Shown here: positions 24,707 through 39,700 of the stretch, in pieces | Layout of the letters: each line of letters starts with the position of its first letter | Position numbering within the stretch: position 1 is the first letter of the stretch | Origin: Tubiluchus corallicola | Lineage: Eukaryota > Animalia > Priapulida | Direction of reading: 5' to 3' | Assembly (NCBI GenBank): GCA_030141605.1 | Contig: JAQGDQ010002368.1 | Span: forward strand, 496,001 to 560,000 | Length of the DNA: 64,000 nucleotides | Program-made: the position numbers and the translations under genes | Notes under the pieces: model-generated | Seen by the model: only the letters and a program-made list of their open reading frames with translations | What the model was told of the DNA's origin: nothing | The model's database searches: none

Positions 24707-27700
24707 ATGGATCGAATAGAGAAAGACAGCATTAGATCACAGTATTCTATGCTCAGTTATAAAGTGCGCTCGGGTCAGAACTGGTGGAAAGAGTTTATGG
24801 GCGAAAAGGGTATCGACTCTGTTTCTCGTAGCTCAAGTAGCAGATCACCAGAAAGTCGCAATATAGGACAAATAGAAGATGATATTGATAACTGGGAAAT
24901 AAGTGAAAATTATGAGAAAGATAGGTCTCCTACGAGTAGTAGCAGTTCTTCGTTTTCTCGAACACATTCACAAGGTACTGAGCGCCAGTTTGAGGCTGAA
25001 CATTGGCTGGGAGACACCAACCATGGTTATATCCGTGTTTATGATCCAGACACAAGCGTTTTGAAGTCTCGTTGTATACCGTGTTCACTGAGTACGACGG
25101 CACATCAGATTTGTCTAAAACTTAACGCATTGTCAAATGCTCTGCACATTCAGTACAATGGCGGGACCATTAAACGGTTAGAGCCGTATGACCACCCCCT
25201 TGCTCTTCAAAATGAATATCTGACGAGACTTGGTTATACCGACATTTGTAGGATACAAGAGGTTGGACAAAGCAAAGAACTAGGCTACTTAATTCGATTT
25301 TATGTTGGTAGGTATAAAGTGATGTTATCATGGCATTAAGAATTCCGGCAAAGTTTTATCATTCGATGAGTTCATTTATGAAGCCTCTTTAAATATTAGA
25401 ACTTCCGAATTTTAAACGTGTAATAATTACTTAGTAATATGTTGCTGTAGCTGTACTGTACTAGTTAGCAGCATTCTGTACACCAGGCTTGTATCATGCC
25501 AGGATAATAGAATGGCCTGCTCTACATTTATTTTATTATAGTTGGCCATAAAAATATCTAAGCAGTTTACAATTACAATACTTTGTGTGTATGTAAGTGT
25601 AAGTTCTTTTTCTGGGTACAAGGTACCCAAGTGAGCAATGTGGAGTTTAATTTTGAATAATTTGGAAACTTTGCAACCTGTTTTGCATGCTAAACAAGAA
25701 AAATTCCTGTTGTCTGTCTTGGCACACATATAAGACAATTATTCTCGAACAAGGAACCATTGTTCGTTAACGTTGGCGAGTGCTTGTTTTGCCCTTCGGC
25801 AATAACTTTCTACCACTTCATGGACAGCAAAAACTTAGCCAAGCATCTGAGAAAAACATAATTTTAACTACAGAAATTTTTTAATGTTCGTTTGGGGAAC
25901 ACATATGACAGTATGTTGCTCATATTATGTAGCATGCAGCAGTTAACATACTTAGCATGTAATAGTACATAAATACCCAAAGCAATAATTATACACCAAT
26001 GAAATGAAACAAAATTATTTAACAAAAAGGCCAAGATAAGGAAAAATCAAAAATGCTCTACGTGAGCTGTTTTGGCTTTTAAAAATAACTCCTTCAACTA
26101 ATATGCTGCTGCTTTTGGGTGCAAAGGTTTCAGTTATAAATCTATAATCTAACAGTACAAGCTAAGAAATAAACAAAAAAGTGAAGAAAAAACATTTCGT
26201 AAAATGACAAAATCGCGGTTCGCAAACAAACAGTTATTTTGAATTGTTTATATTTTAAAAGAAAAATTATGTATACAGCTATTAATTGTCTATCATCATA
26301 CCTGGGGTCGTTTAATTGTGTATGTACTGTACACATTGCCCAGCTTAAAATGTTTGATTGGTTGACATTTGCCGTCACCCATAAGTAGGATGTAAGTCAC
26401 GAACTATCAGGAAGATAGCTATCATTAATCCTGTGAATGTTTTTAGTTTTGTTTCATGCCTCGCCAGCTACGGGCCCTTATTACTTGAAATAATCTGTAA
26501 TGAACAGTTTTTTGTAATCTGAAGCTAGTGTCGCAATAAGCACCCTGATTTCCTACTGATCTCACTTGACTGTTCTGTAAAACAATTACTCAAACCAATT
26601 GGTGAAATAAAAGACACACAAAACGCTATATAAGAAGATGTGATTGAAATTAGGAAAAAACAAAATGATTTAGGCAGAAAATACTCAAACATTAAGAAAC
26701 AGAAAAAAGCACTGACCGAGCAAGTTAGAAAACTCTCAGGACTTACATTAGAGATATTAGAAAAAGAAAAATGTGCCAAAAATATCGTAGTTTTTGGGCT
26801 AGCTGAACCCGAAGCGGATGGTGACCAAAGTGATATAGGGAATGTAATCACATCATTGATGACATCAAAGCGAGCGTACAGACCACGCCCTGTACTAGTA
26901 CAGCTGTATTCAAGCAGTGAGGCAACAAGCACTGTTCGGGGCAAAGAGACTGAAAGATGCGAGTGCGCAGTACAGACGTGTCTTTATCAGTCCAAATACA
27001 AGCCCCACAGTGCAGAAGGAGCATCAAAGCCTATTGAAGGTGTTAAAAGATGAGAAAAGCAAAGTTGAAAATGAACTTGAGAATTGACTGGAAAAATAAA
27101 TGTGTTCAATGAAACAACGAAACAATAATATTTTCTATACTCAGGTTTTTTTAATAACAGGGTAGATGCGCACAATAACAATGCTAAGCTACTGTCATGG
27201 AACATACACTCAGTGACTGATAAATGTGAGAACATGTTCGATAAAGTTATCACCTTGTTTTGCTTGCATGATATCATTTGTTTGCAAGAAATTAGCACTT
27301 ATTGTTTTACTATCCCCAGTTTTAATGTACTAATACGTAGCAAATATAGCAACAAACGTACTATTAAAGGTGGTATTTTTGTATATCTTAGGCAATAATA
27401 TTTCTGATTATGTAATATTTGTAGATGATTCAACCCCTTGTCAAATGTGGTTAAGACTGCAATAGCCTGGCTAACATTCTTATTTGCTTCTGCTATGTTA
27501 CAAGGCACAACTATTGAAGCACAAGAGAATAATGAGAAGTACTTTATAATTGGTGATCTAAATGTAAGATGTGGTCAATGTAGAAATATACTGACAGAAG
27601 GGAACCAATGGAGGTATGCACATAATCCTGATATAAGAAGGAACACAACAGGCACGCGACTTTTGCAACTATGTAGGGATAATCACTTGATCCCCCTTAA

Positions 27701-30700
27701 TCATTTAGTAACATGTAACAGCTATGGTGATGGTTTGACGTTTAGGAAGCGCCAGAATTGGATATCCCAGCTAGACTTCCAATTGATGGAGTAACTTCCA
27801 TTGTCTTATGTTGAACTTGTGATGATAAACTTCGAAGTTTTTGTGCTCGGCAGGATATCGACTTATCACAATATGAGTCTGTCATATATCCAACAAGATG
27901 GGATATCGACGACCTATGTCAGAATGCCAAAGACATCAAATATGATTCTGCAACCAAATGTAGAATACAAAACGATACTTCAAGTAGACGAGCAGCAAAC
28001 GCGAGATGCATTAATTTATTAAAATCTGGTAATATGAAGGCAATATGATGTGCTGTGGATGATGACCTATTCACACCAGATGAAGTCAATAATACTATCA
28101 TTAGTCTAAAACCCAACAAGTCGCCAGGCTGTGATAGTGGTAATGATATTATTGATCAAGTGTGTATCTGCACTATGGATTACGTTTATGACTGCATGTT
28201 TTAATACGGTACTTTCATCAGTTTACTACCCTAATAATTGGACTAAAACAAAGTTGGTAGTCTTGCAGAAAGGCAGTCGTCATGACTGCAATAACTACCA
28301 TGGTATCTCGATTTTGGACTTATGTCCATAGATATTTGACGGACTGATTAATACTCTCTTACAGCTCTGGTGGCAGCCTGGCCCAGAACAGGCTGGTGGA
28401 GAAAAAGAAAGAGGCTGTTTAGAACAAGCAGTTACGTTGCGCTTACTAACAGATTCAGCAAAAATAATACGATGCAAATTGTACATTGTATTCATCGATT
28501 TTGCTAAGGTGTATGGCATCGTATCAATGCACAAACTCATTCAAGAATTAGTGAAATTAGGATGTCGTCAAACAATAACACGTAAATCCAGGCCATGTAC
28601 ATGAAAACTATGCAGCGCGTTAGGCTCTAGCTTGGTTACTAGTAAAATAGGTGTAAGACAGGCTGCGTCCTCGCGCAGCATGTTCGTGTTCACGTTATTC
28701 ATCAATCCTTTGATAAAAAGATTGGCTATAGTTCGGGATGACGATTTCTTGCCAAACAGACACGGTCTGTTAATGATGGTCAACTCTGTACTACTGCCTG
28801 TTCAAGAGAGCGCTGCATAGAAAAACCCACTATATTGAAGTCTTTTTGCGTTGAGCATGGTCTCGTAGTTAACGAGTTAAAGACGATGTTTCTTGTTATT
28901 ACATTGCAATGGTGAATAAAATGACCGCATGCCTATAATCGTTGAAAACTTACAAGCAAACTGGTGCTATAGCTACATCTACTTAGGCACAGTTTCTTTG
29001 TGCCGGCGGAAAATTGGCTCAGGCAATTGTGATTCAAAATAAGGAAAAACTTAACCACGAACTGAAATACGTAGCATTTGTCCGTAAGAACTTCTCCTGT
29101 CCAAGTATGGACTAAACAGACTTTGTTAAAAGCAGCTATATTATCTAGGCTTTTGTACAGCTGCGAGATATAGCTGTCCAATGATATAAGAAAATTGTCT
29201 TAATTGTGCACATCTGGAATTAAAAACTGCCTTGGAGTGCGCAAGGCAGTTCAAAATGACCTATCCCTTCTCGAGTTAGATATGCCATCGGCAGAGGCAT
29301 ACATTAAGAGCCAGCACTACAGGTTTTTTACTAAGATGTTCAGTAATCCTGGTAAGCATCCTATATTAATGTATACGATAAATAAATGTCAGGCAATTTC
29401 TCTGTATGCGTACATCAACAGCATCATCACTCTGAGAAGAGACCCTGCAACTGAGGATAAACAAAACAAAGTGCAAGAATTGTGTGTGTTAACCTCTAGT
29501 AGGATAGTTACATACAGACTTTTGAATGAGGATTTATTTAGTTGGTCTATATATTCAAATAGTGCGGCGCCTGTTCAAAAACTCGAAAGAATTTCCCGGA
29601 CAAAGGCCAGAATATCAGGTCATAAATTGGCTACTGAAAGTGGCAAGTGAAAAATATACCTAGGCACAGGAGCTTTTGCGACTGCCCTACTAACGAAACC
29701 AAGGCCTGATCAAGACCAAGAACTTGTTTTCTGCAATTGAGCGAAGACTGACCTGGTCAGACCACTACCGTGGTTCTCTGATATTGATGTGGCATCGATC
29801 AGTTCTATATTCAGGCATAGCAGTAGCCAAACTGTTGTGAACTATATTCGCCACTGCCTTAAATGTTTTGCACAATGTTTTGCACATTGTTTCTTGTAGG
29901 ACTGGTAGTATAATGTAAAATACGTTAATTATATTGCGACACTCAGTTTAATCCCATTTTAGCACTTTTACGATCGGCAATGTATAAATGTTTTGGAGAA
30001 AATGGGGTCGTTTGTGTGTCTTAATGTGTTGTTTTCTCTGCATCTACCCCGATTAAGTATAATAATAGTTGTTAGTCAATAAGTTACTTACTTGCTTATT
30101 GTTTACAAATTAATGTTTATTATGTAACAACATGTGTAGCCAGAGTGTAACCAATCGATGAATAAAATTTCACATTGAAACAACATTGTTGTGTGTATCA
30201 CTGGATTTAGAAACTTTTAAAACATCTACAGGACTCTGTATGGGGTGAAATTTACCATAAATGCTATCTGCGCTGCCGAGGTTGTTTAGCGTGAAGTTTT
30301 CAAGTAGCAGACTAGCATCTTAGATAGGCAACGATAATAGAACATAACACTTCAAGGAAGCTAATAAATGAAGTTCAATAGATAACATCGGTTTGTGTGG
30401 TTTTTGCAGCACCCGTTTATCAGACCTGCCTGATGCATTATTTTTTCTGCAGCTATTTCTTATTGATTTTTTATACGCAGCTATTCCTCAAGTGGATAAC
30501 GCATAAGGCATTCCGAATGTTTGGTAAACAGCCGCGTAACGCATATGCGTTCCGGAACACCTCAGAACAAGTGAAGTTTTTGAAAAATTGACGTAGCTTA
30601 ATTCACAAGCAATAATACAAAACAATTTACAAAGTAACAAGCTTATAAATTAAAGAACTTACACATGCAATTATCAGTTATCAATTTTCGTAAGAACTGA

Positions 30701-33700
30701 TTATGTATATACAATTAGTTATGCTTCGTGTTGATATCACAAAAACACTAATTATGCTGAAATCTTGTGAATTGTGAATCAATGTTTTTTTTCAGGAAAA
30801 CCGACTCAAGATGGGACGTTTTCACGAAACAATGTTTCTGGTCAACTGTATGTTCGAAAAGGCAAAGTATTTCATCAGTGGGCCAAACGGTTTGTTGCCT
30901 TGTCTGGTACCAGACTTCTTGTATATCCTGGTAAGCGATTAACACAAAGCTTGTTATAGTTGTTAGCTATCTGTTGAAAAACTTTACGACGGGTTTATCT
31001 ACATATCTGAACTTCTGCTTCTTTGACCTGAAAACCACTAATTTAGTCAAATATAGCTAAAATAAACTGCCAATATAAGAAGTTTGCAACAAAATGAACT
31101 TTTATCCTGCTGGGCGAATTTGCAGCACAACGAATATAACAGTATAATTGTATTACCACGAAGACAATTGTCTTCTTCATGCAATCATTGGCAGCGTAAT
31201 GATTATACAAGTGTCTATTGTTTTAGAGAACTACTTTCCAAGCCTAACTTGACTTGGTTGGTTATGATTATTACCTATATTGAAAACTCCATTATGCACT
31301 GTATAGGATACATAAATTTATACATTTTAAGGTGAGATCCGTCTAAATTGTACAAGTGTCATCCACCCTGCACATTTTGAATAGGGATAATATTAAAAAC
31401 CCATTAAACAAATTTTCATTAATTGCCATAGCAATTTCAGCGGCATACCCAGATTAATGATTTTCCATGCTTCCATTGTAAAATATTACTTCCTGGGCCA
31501 AACACAAATTGCTGCGCCGTCCCATACCAGTTTTGAAATCAATTTGTGTGATATTATCAGTATGCGCGATTACTGCAGAAATTGCGTGTACAGATTTTTA
31601 AAGCTATTAAGATTTTATAGAATAAAACATCGAAAACTTGAAAGGTTTTAAATTATAGAACTTATAGATGTTCAAAGACGTATCAGCGAAACAGTGTATA
31701 ATATAATTAATATTTAAATTTGTTAAAAAATTCTTAACTATATGCTTAATCTACTGCATGCGTGAGCCCTTTTCTGTTCCTAACTATAACGATTTATAAG
31801 CGCTTACCTGTAGAGGGTTGAACATACAACGCCCAAACATTAATTTATTACGAATCCACTAAAACATGGCATAATAAATGTCAGATTGCATGACATCATT
31901 TGACATGGGATATTTACTGTACTATGTGTTTCACCCTTTGGCGGCCCATTTGGGCGGGTTATTAATTAATTGATTGTTTAAGGTCAGTGGGGCGTCCAGA
32001 ATAATACGTTTCAAGTTATTTTCAAGTATTTATGGTAATGAAAGAATGTGTTAATACTCAGCAACAATTATTTTTTATAATCTCTTGTTAGCTCGACTTA
32101 TGTTACTTACTGAATGCATAGCAAATTTCTAGTTTTGTAGATAACTTAACAAACCTCTATGTACATTGAACATTCGCCAAAGTGGGACTAACAGTTACTA
32201 TGCCTAGATCATTACTGCGTCTGTTACAAATTTCCAATACCTGTTTGCTTAGCAGCTTTGCAAATAAAACTTATGTGATTACTGCTCCAGTTATTAAAAC
32301 TTGACATTGTGTGTTAAATTAATATTTTGCAGCTGATGGATAGATTTCTGCCTAATGTAACGTGTTCTACTTTTCAAACTAGGAATGTCTGAAAAACTGA
32401 CTTGTAGACATAGTTTCTAATTTCCTGGTAGAAATAATTTTGTTAGACTTATTGGGCTTAAATGGACTCCTCATGTTTCCGGCTTGTAATACCATCGAAC
32501 CTCTCATCTACTGTTTTTGTTCCATCTCAGTTGGTTACATTTAATCAGTTTTAAACAAGATTGTGCTGGTACTTCTTCTGCTTAATTCACATTTTTATTG
32601 TCTAATGTTCCCATAACCATGGTCTCTCAGGACAATGATTACTTGTTCCACATGCAGTCTCTGAAATCACTTTGCCAAAAATTGATTTGTTAAAAGTTTT
32701 TTATTATTTGTACTTCTAGTTTCTCAGTCTACTGGTTCCTCTGTGCCATTTAGGGTTTAAATTGTTCTCGTATTCTCAGAGCAGAAAATTGTCACCAACA
32801 AAATTAAACGTAATTGTCACTAACAAAATTGATTAACAAAAATACTCCTCAAGTCTTAGGTACCAGAAACCATATCTAACTATTAGTGTGACGGTGGCAC
32901 GGGATACAAAGACAACTCACTGCTTCCGTTGCTTTGTAGTTTTGTCTGTACAAAAAAGCATAGTGATGAGTTTGAATATTCATCGTTGGTTTGGTAATTG
33001 CTTTCTAAATGCGTCAAACTCATCTAAGGCACACATTTTAGCAATTACATGGCTGGGAGTTGTGCTTGTCGAATGTGACATGACAATACCAGTGATGAAT
33101 GAGGAGTGTGACATCTAACCGCAGGCCATAAAACAATTCCGAGATGTTTGTTGGGGTCACATCTGTGAGCCTAGATTTGAAAGTTAAAACTACTGTCTGG
33201 AAATCCGATTTAAAAGTTTCAATATGTAGAGGCAATGTGCCAAAGTTACACGCTGACAGTTTTTATTGCAAGAAGATTAGATCAAGAAGGATAAATATAT
33301 ATCTGTCATTAGTCTCAGTCCCTTCTAAGGCCTTTGATTTGATGATCTCGATTGTAATTTATGTTTGTTTAGCGTAGACTATTGATTAAAAATGTTTGCT
33401 GACTTTATTTTATTTTATTTTAAATTTTGCACGTTCACGTAATATTTTGTTATTGTATTCCGTGAGAAAATAGTACATTATTAATGTTAAGTCAAAGAAA
33501 TGAGCTAAGTCAACCGGTCGCCAGCAATTACCCTGGATGCTTCAGGTTTCATAGCTTAAAGTTGACTCTAACACGGTGCGATTAGTAGCAAGCTCCTCAA
33601 TGTACCTGCTAAATATGACACCAAACTTATGTCAATTTTTGCACCAAACCAGAGTGAAAAAGGAGGTGAAAATAGGGAAAGATGCTGGCGAAAAAAAAAC

Positions 33701-36700
33701 TAACTCAAGAAATCGCACCGTTACGGCAAATTAACACCAGTCGTTAACATGCTCCATCGGGTTTTGGGGCTTAACCAATTGAAACTCTCCACGTGGCGCC
33801 ACAAAAGGACGCAGCGACTCGTTTGTAATCTGAGCGACGATTTGGCAACCTATCCCCAAATAATATCTACTCTCCTATATATATATATATATATATATAT
33901 GCATTATTATGAAATTTGAAAATGCTCTCTCCCAAACTTTTTGATTGATTTCGATTCGATAAAACGGTTCCTTTCGCTCCAGATTTGCTGTATTCATGAA
34001 CTATACATTTATGTCTCTCTTGATACTTCAAAAGCAGTGAATCAGTTCTCAGTGGTTTCTTTCATCCTCAGTCTTCTCTCGAAAAATTTCTGGAGGCACC
34101 GAAGCACAATATTTTCTTTCGCTTATTCACGACTCAGACATAAATGCAGTGAAATTTTAAAGAGACTGCAAAGCTGTAATGCGCAGAATCGGTCTGCTTT
34201 TTATTTTAACCAAAAGGTCCACAGGGGATTTTTTACAGATCCGTGACAGATACGCAATTGCAGTATATCTGTTGTGTTCAATGGACCTACTCACTTCATG
34301 AAGTTGCACTAGCTTTCACTTTGAGCTCTTCCACTGGTTTACACTCAGAGCCAGTGATCTTCATGATCTTCATTTCGCACCTAAGAGTTATCTGTTGTTC
34401 TGGCTTAGATGTATTGCTTATCCCTGTATGTAAAAGTAAGGTGAGAAACCACGTCCCTCCATTCGTTAAGAAAATCTTTGAGGCCTGGGAACATTGAATA
34501 TGGACCTTGCTGATGTTGCCATGATGCCATCATTGTTCTGCTTTTTCTCACTCCGTTTCAAATGCAGTAGGTTCTGTCACATACTCCAGCGACTCAGGAC
34601 CCGCTTCGGAGCTTTCATCTCTATTTTTGTGGCTTGACCATGTCTACTCAAGTGTTCTTAAGACTTTTTCTTTACTGGAACTTTCACTTAAACTGAGTAA
34701 AATTTCATTATCATGAAAATATAATAAGCATGATCGTACTTTGCCCATTAAATTTAATAACGCCAATATTTTCTACGTGCGGCTTTTATGGTTTTTGAAT
34801 TCATGGGTTTGGTCTGACCCAAATGTTTAGAAAGCTACAGTTTCGTTTATAACAAGTGTGTTTCAAGTCAAGTGAATTACTGTCTGCTTGTTATGTACAC
34901 AGCTTGATTTTACAGTAGTCTAACAACAATTATATCCAAGTAACAGCTTTCCTGTACCGTGACAGTCGCTCAGTAAAATTGTAACAAGTTTTCAAAACAA
35001 CCGTCGCATTGAGCTTAGACTAATGGTTTAGTGTTTAAACAATTAATTTTAAAATCTCGGGATTGGAAGATCATTGACCAGGGACAATACCACGTTTGTT
35101 TGCCCTCATTTCCTTTTACTCTTCGTATGACCATAAACTAAGCTTAAAATGGGAATGGTATTACCTGTAAATGGTCTGTTTTGGGACGTGCAGTCCCAGG
35201 ATCACTACACCTAAAAAGGTTGACATTCCACGTGGTGGCAATTCTTTATAGAATACCTCATTTTACAAGCGCTATCCAATAAAGTTGAACTATATTTTAT
35301 ATACATATAACCAAGTAACCGATACTTTCCAATAAACTGCGCTCATTGTATAAAAGTATGTTCATGTAGTTTCCCTGTGGCTATATTGAAATTTTTAAAC
35401 ACTTTCTCACTGTGTGCCAAGATGGCATGCGTGGCAATTTCGGACAATAAATTTTAAAAAAATCATTTTTGCTGGTGTACGTTTTTGTATTCAAAGCACA
35501 ACCAGAAATCTGAGAATACGTCTGACAATGTAATTGGATACAACTTGGCTTTCGGTTGACAGACCACTTGCGGAATGCAGCAGTAAACTTACTGTGTTTT
35601 GTTACTTTTCTAAATTGTATTATTGTAACAGTCACAAATGTTCGCAATGCCTGTTTACCCGCCGGGTCATTGGCTTGCATCAGTTACTTGTTATTCTATT
35701 TCAGTTAGTGTAATTGGCCGGATAATTATGTCTCGTATAGTAAATTTACTATCAAGCAATAAACGCTGTACAAGCAGGGACAGTCTTTGTTTTCCAAACT
35801 GCTGGCACGTAAATATCACTGGTTAAACGAGAAAACCCTTTTTTATGATTGGTTCTAAATTTTGTTAGCACTTTTTATTTTTTCAGCGTAACCATGGATG
35901 CGTTCAAGGACACGTCAACAAAAAAGTATAGCATTATTAAGAGTGGTTCATTATGTTGAAACCATTCTGTTACTTGGCATGCTTTGAACAAATATATTTG
36001 TTTCTAAGCTGATGCTTGTTTTTGACCAAGATTGTGTTTCAAACCTTGGATGTTTATCCTTTGAAGCTCATATTGAAACTCTTTCTTTCATTGTACAGGA
36101 TTTTGTTCTTAATTAATTGCACAACTTTCCTTTCTCAGGATTGGAAAAAAGAGGGCAACCCCATGTTTACATGTTGGCAAAGGGGAAAGTGGAGGAGATG
36201 AAATTCAAAAATCACGAGCGATGTCTAAAAATTACTGCTGAATTGCAAGCAGGTCGAACAGTGTTTCTTTCTTTTGGAAGTGATGCTGAAATTTCAAAAT
36301 GGCTGAGAAAATGCATGAAGGTAATTAGCCATTATCTGTTAGACATGTACAGTGGCAAGGATGATAGTCTTTAAAATATTTAATTTAAGTGGACCAACAA
36401 CACTACCCCTAATTCCAGTAATCACAAGTTCGTGTGAGGTTGGCACGATTTTGTCTGCCCTTAATGACTCAAAATTATAACACCCTTTATGTGTTCTGGT
36501 TTACGTATTTTTTGCTGTTAAATTACAGTTTGTAAACTTTAGCAGCTTATTATCGGTAGTTTTTTTACTTGTTAACTTACTTCTTTAGTTTACCTGTGTT
36601 ATTTTGTTCAACACTTCATGAGACTAACAACCCATTTACGTCATTATTAATTGGACAAATTTGTGCAGTGCTGCAACAAGCAAAAGTTTTGTGACTTGGG

Positions 36701-39700
36701 CTATTTCTATTAATGTATAGTAAAATATTATTAATATGATATATCTATTCCTCCGTAATATGACTAAAATGTGCAAACCGTTCTGAAACTGGACTTTTAA
36801 TGGCCTTTTTCTTGGGTTTTGAGGCCACTTGTGTAACTTCCACTAACTGCTTAATTTTTACATTATATGTGTTCCTAATTTCAGGCAGTAGCAAAGTTAC
36901 CAAATTTAGCAGATTTGTCCAATAACCATTTGGAATACATCCCAGAAAATCTGTTTGTGAATGATCGCTTATCTCAGCTGAATCTTCGACACAATGCACT
37001 AAAGGAAAGACCTATAGAGGAAGATATTTACACAATTGGTAGGTGCAAAATCAAAATTGATTCCAAATTGCTTAGCTATCTAGTTATTTCTAACATAAAA
37101 AATATGGTAGCATACAATTACGTAAAATTTGAATTACTTCTTTTCGTCCAATATTCATTCGGCTTTTTCTGTTATTTAAGTGTGCCATCTGGAACGTTAG
37201 TTGTTTTAAAATTGTAATTAATGAAATTAGATTTAGTTCATTTCACAACAGGTCTTAGCTTGATCTCACAATATGCTGATGTGCTGAAAGAATATGCGGG
37301 GTTTAATAAAAGTACTAAAATACAATTTAACGACTGTAAGATAGATGATCAAAATTTACATGCAGTATTGTATGTGTGAATATAACAGACACTACTTAGC
37401 CTTAATGTATCCTAAAATAATAATGACATTGTGCAAAGCATTAATTTCACCTCCACTTGCAGCTCAGTTGATCTTTAGTTTTTCCGTGTGTTCAGAGTGT
37501 GAATTCGTTACCCACAAGTTGCGCCTCAGGCCTTCATGAATATGTGACTGTTTTATAGTTGTTAGTCTGGCATATTTATTGACTAATGCATTATGCAAAA
37601 TAACAGAACTTATATACTTTTATAACAAACCGTTATGTATGCAGTTCTATATTCGTTTAAACTTGATAATGATATATTTATATTTTAAAATTATTGAAGG
37701 TAGGACATAAGTAGCAAACATCTACATTTTAATTATTTGGATCAACTTCAATTACTATGTGGAAATGTACAATGTATTGTTTGCATATACTTCACTTTTT
37801 TCATTACTTCAACAAACTCGTTTTCATATTCAAGTAACTAAAGCCATTGTAACAATTTCCACAAGTGTTCCACAAAGAAACACAAATTTGTTTTAAATAC
37901 GAGTTTAAATTAATTTCATAAATTATTTAAAGTAGTTTTCTTAATTGCATGCCTGCTGTTTCTACAAGTCCTTTATAGTGTTCCTATTGTACCGTGACAT
38001 TGAGTTTTCGACTTCATGCATTACCTAATAAATTTAGACCTGTTTCAAACCTTTACAATAAACACCATAAATTTTCTTGAGAGTCAGTTCTGCCCACTTG
38101 CTTCTGACATAAATCATAGATCAGAACACCCATATTTATTTGAAGTGTTTTCCCTTATACTGACGTTATAAAGATCATTAAAGCATTAGCCACCGCCCAG
38201 TTAACCTTGCCACCTCCGATTGTGCTTCATTGTGGCTTATAGGTATGTGGTGCATGTAAACAAACTGATTTAGTAACCTTGTTAAAAATGGACAAAAACT
38301 GTTTTGTTTCCTTATTCATCTGTGAATGTCTTTTTCTTAAGAATTACGTAGTAAATGTGCTTTTTAAAGAAAACTTTGCTGTTTTGGGATCATGTAGAGG
38401 CGTATAATTGCACATATACAACTGGGAGAATATTTTCTATGTTTATACCATTGATATTGTGCACAGCAACTGAACACTGAAACTATAACTAAAACAGTAT
38501 AAGGAGTGTCGGGAAATGATTGTCCCACCACCACTCCCCAGGAGAAACCAATAAGAATGGATAAATACTGATAAAACCATGAGAAAGAACATTTTATATC
38601 TGAGTAAGAAACATTAATTTTGTCTTGCTAGGTAGTACTTTGTTATTTGCAGCTTGCAGGGCCGTAAATGGACAGGGTACAATTTGCATTGGTTTCTCAG
38701 TGGGAGTGATGTCTTTATCTTTTTTTCAAGAATGTTGGTGATTTTTTCTGATAACAAGTTTCGAAAAAATTAAAAAAAACTTTAAATAAGAAATATTTTA
38801 CTGATTGAAATGTGTATGTTCATATCTGCTAATGATTACTTTTAAGTACAGCCAAAGCTTTCATTTCCAGACACCCTGTACTTAAATATAATTCATTGTA
38901 TGTAATCTTTCTAGTTACCATATGAAGGTTAAGATTGGTTATAGTAATTATATGTCATCTTTGTATCATCTTGCTATGCAAAAAGATTAAATTTGTTCTG
39001 CAATGAATATGTGTGTTGACTTCAGGCGTAAGTTAAATGCTATAAAGATTTTTGAATACTACAGAGGTCAGCCGACCTTTCCCTCAACATTTAACAGTTT
39101 ATGACTATTACAGGATGGGTGGATGATTTGCCCAGCTTTCAGAATCTCCATACTCTGAATCTATCAGATAACGACATCTTCATATTCCCCAGTGCCATAT
39201 GCCACATAACTACACTGCAAGAGCTGAATGTATCCAGTAATAAAATTGAAGAACTTCCACCAATAATAGCCGAGCTTACAAAGTAAGTATGTTTGCTATT
39301 TCATTTAATATGTAATTCCCTTCCAACAAACTCGTATCATTTCTGGGAAAAAGGTCATTTTGCAAATTAAGTCTGGGTTTGCTTATTAAAAGCAGTGATG
39401 TATTCTGTTGTTTTTGCTTAGGACACCTTTTATTTATTCCTTGTTGTACTTGTGTTTAGTGTACATACATATATAACTGTATAGTACTTAGCATGTTAAA
39501 ACATGAAAAATCTAGCAGAACTGGTGCTAAAACCCACAATTACCGGAGTCTAATTCCTGCACGCACTGCGACAAAACAACTTGTGTCAAGGATGGGAGAA
39601 CTACCAATTTTCGTGTGCAATCACCATATTTTACAGAAAGTATAGAGAATTTGCTGTATGTGTCGGATTTGGCAGTTGTTAGCCCAAATGGATAGCATCA

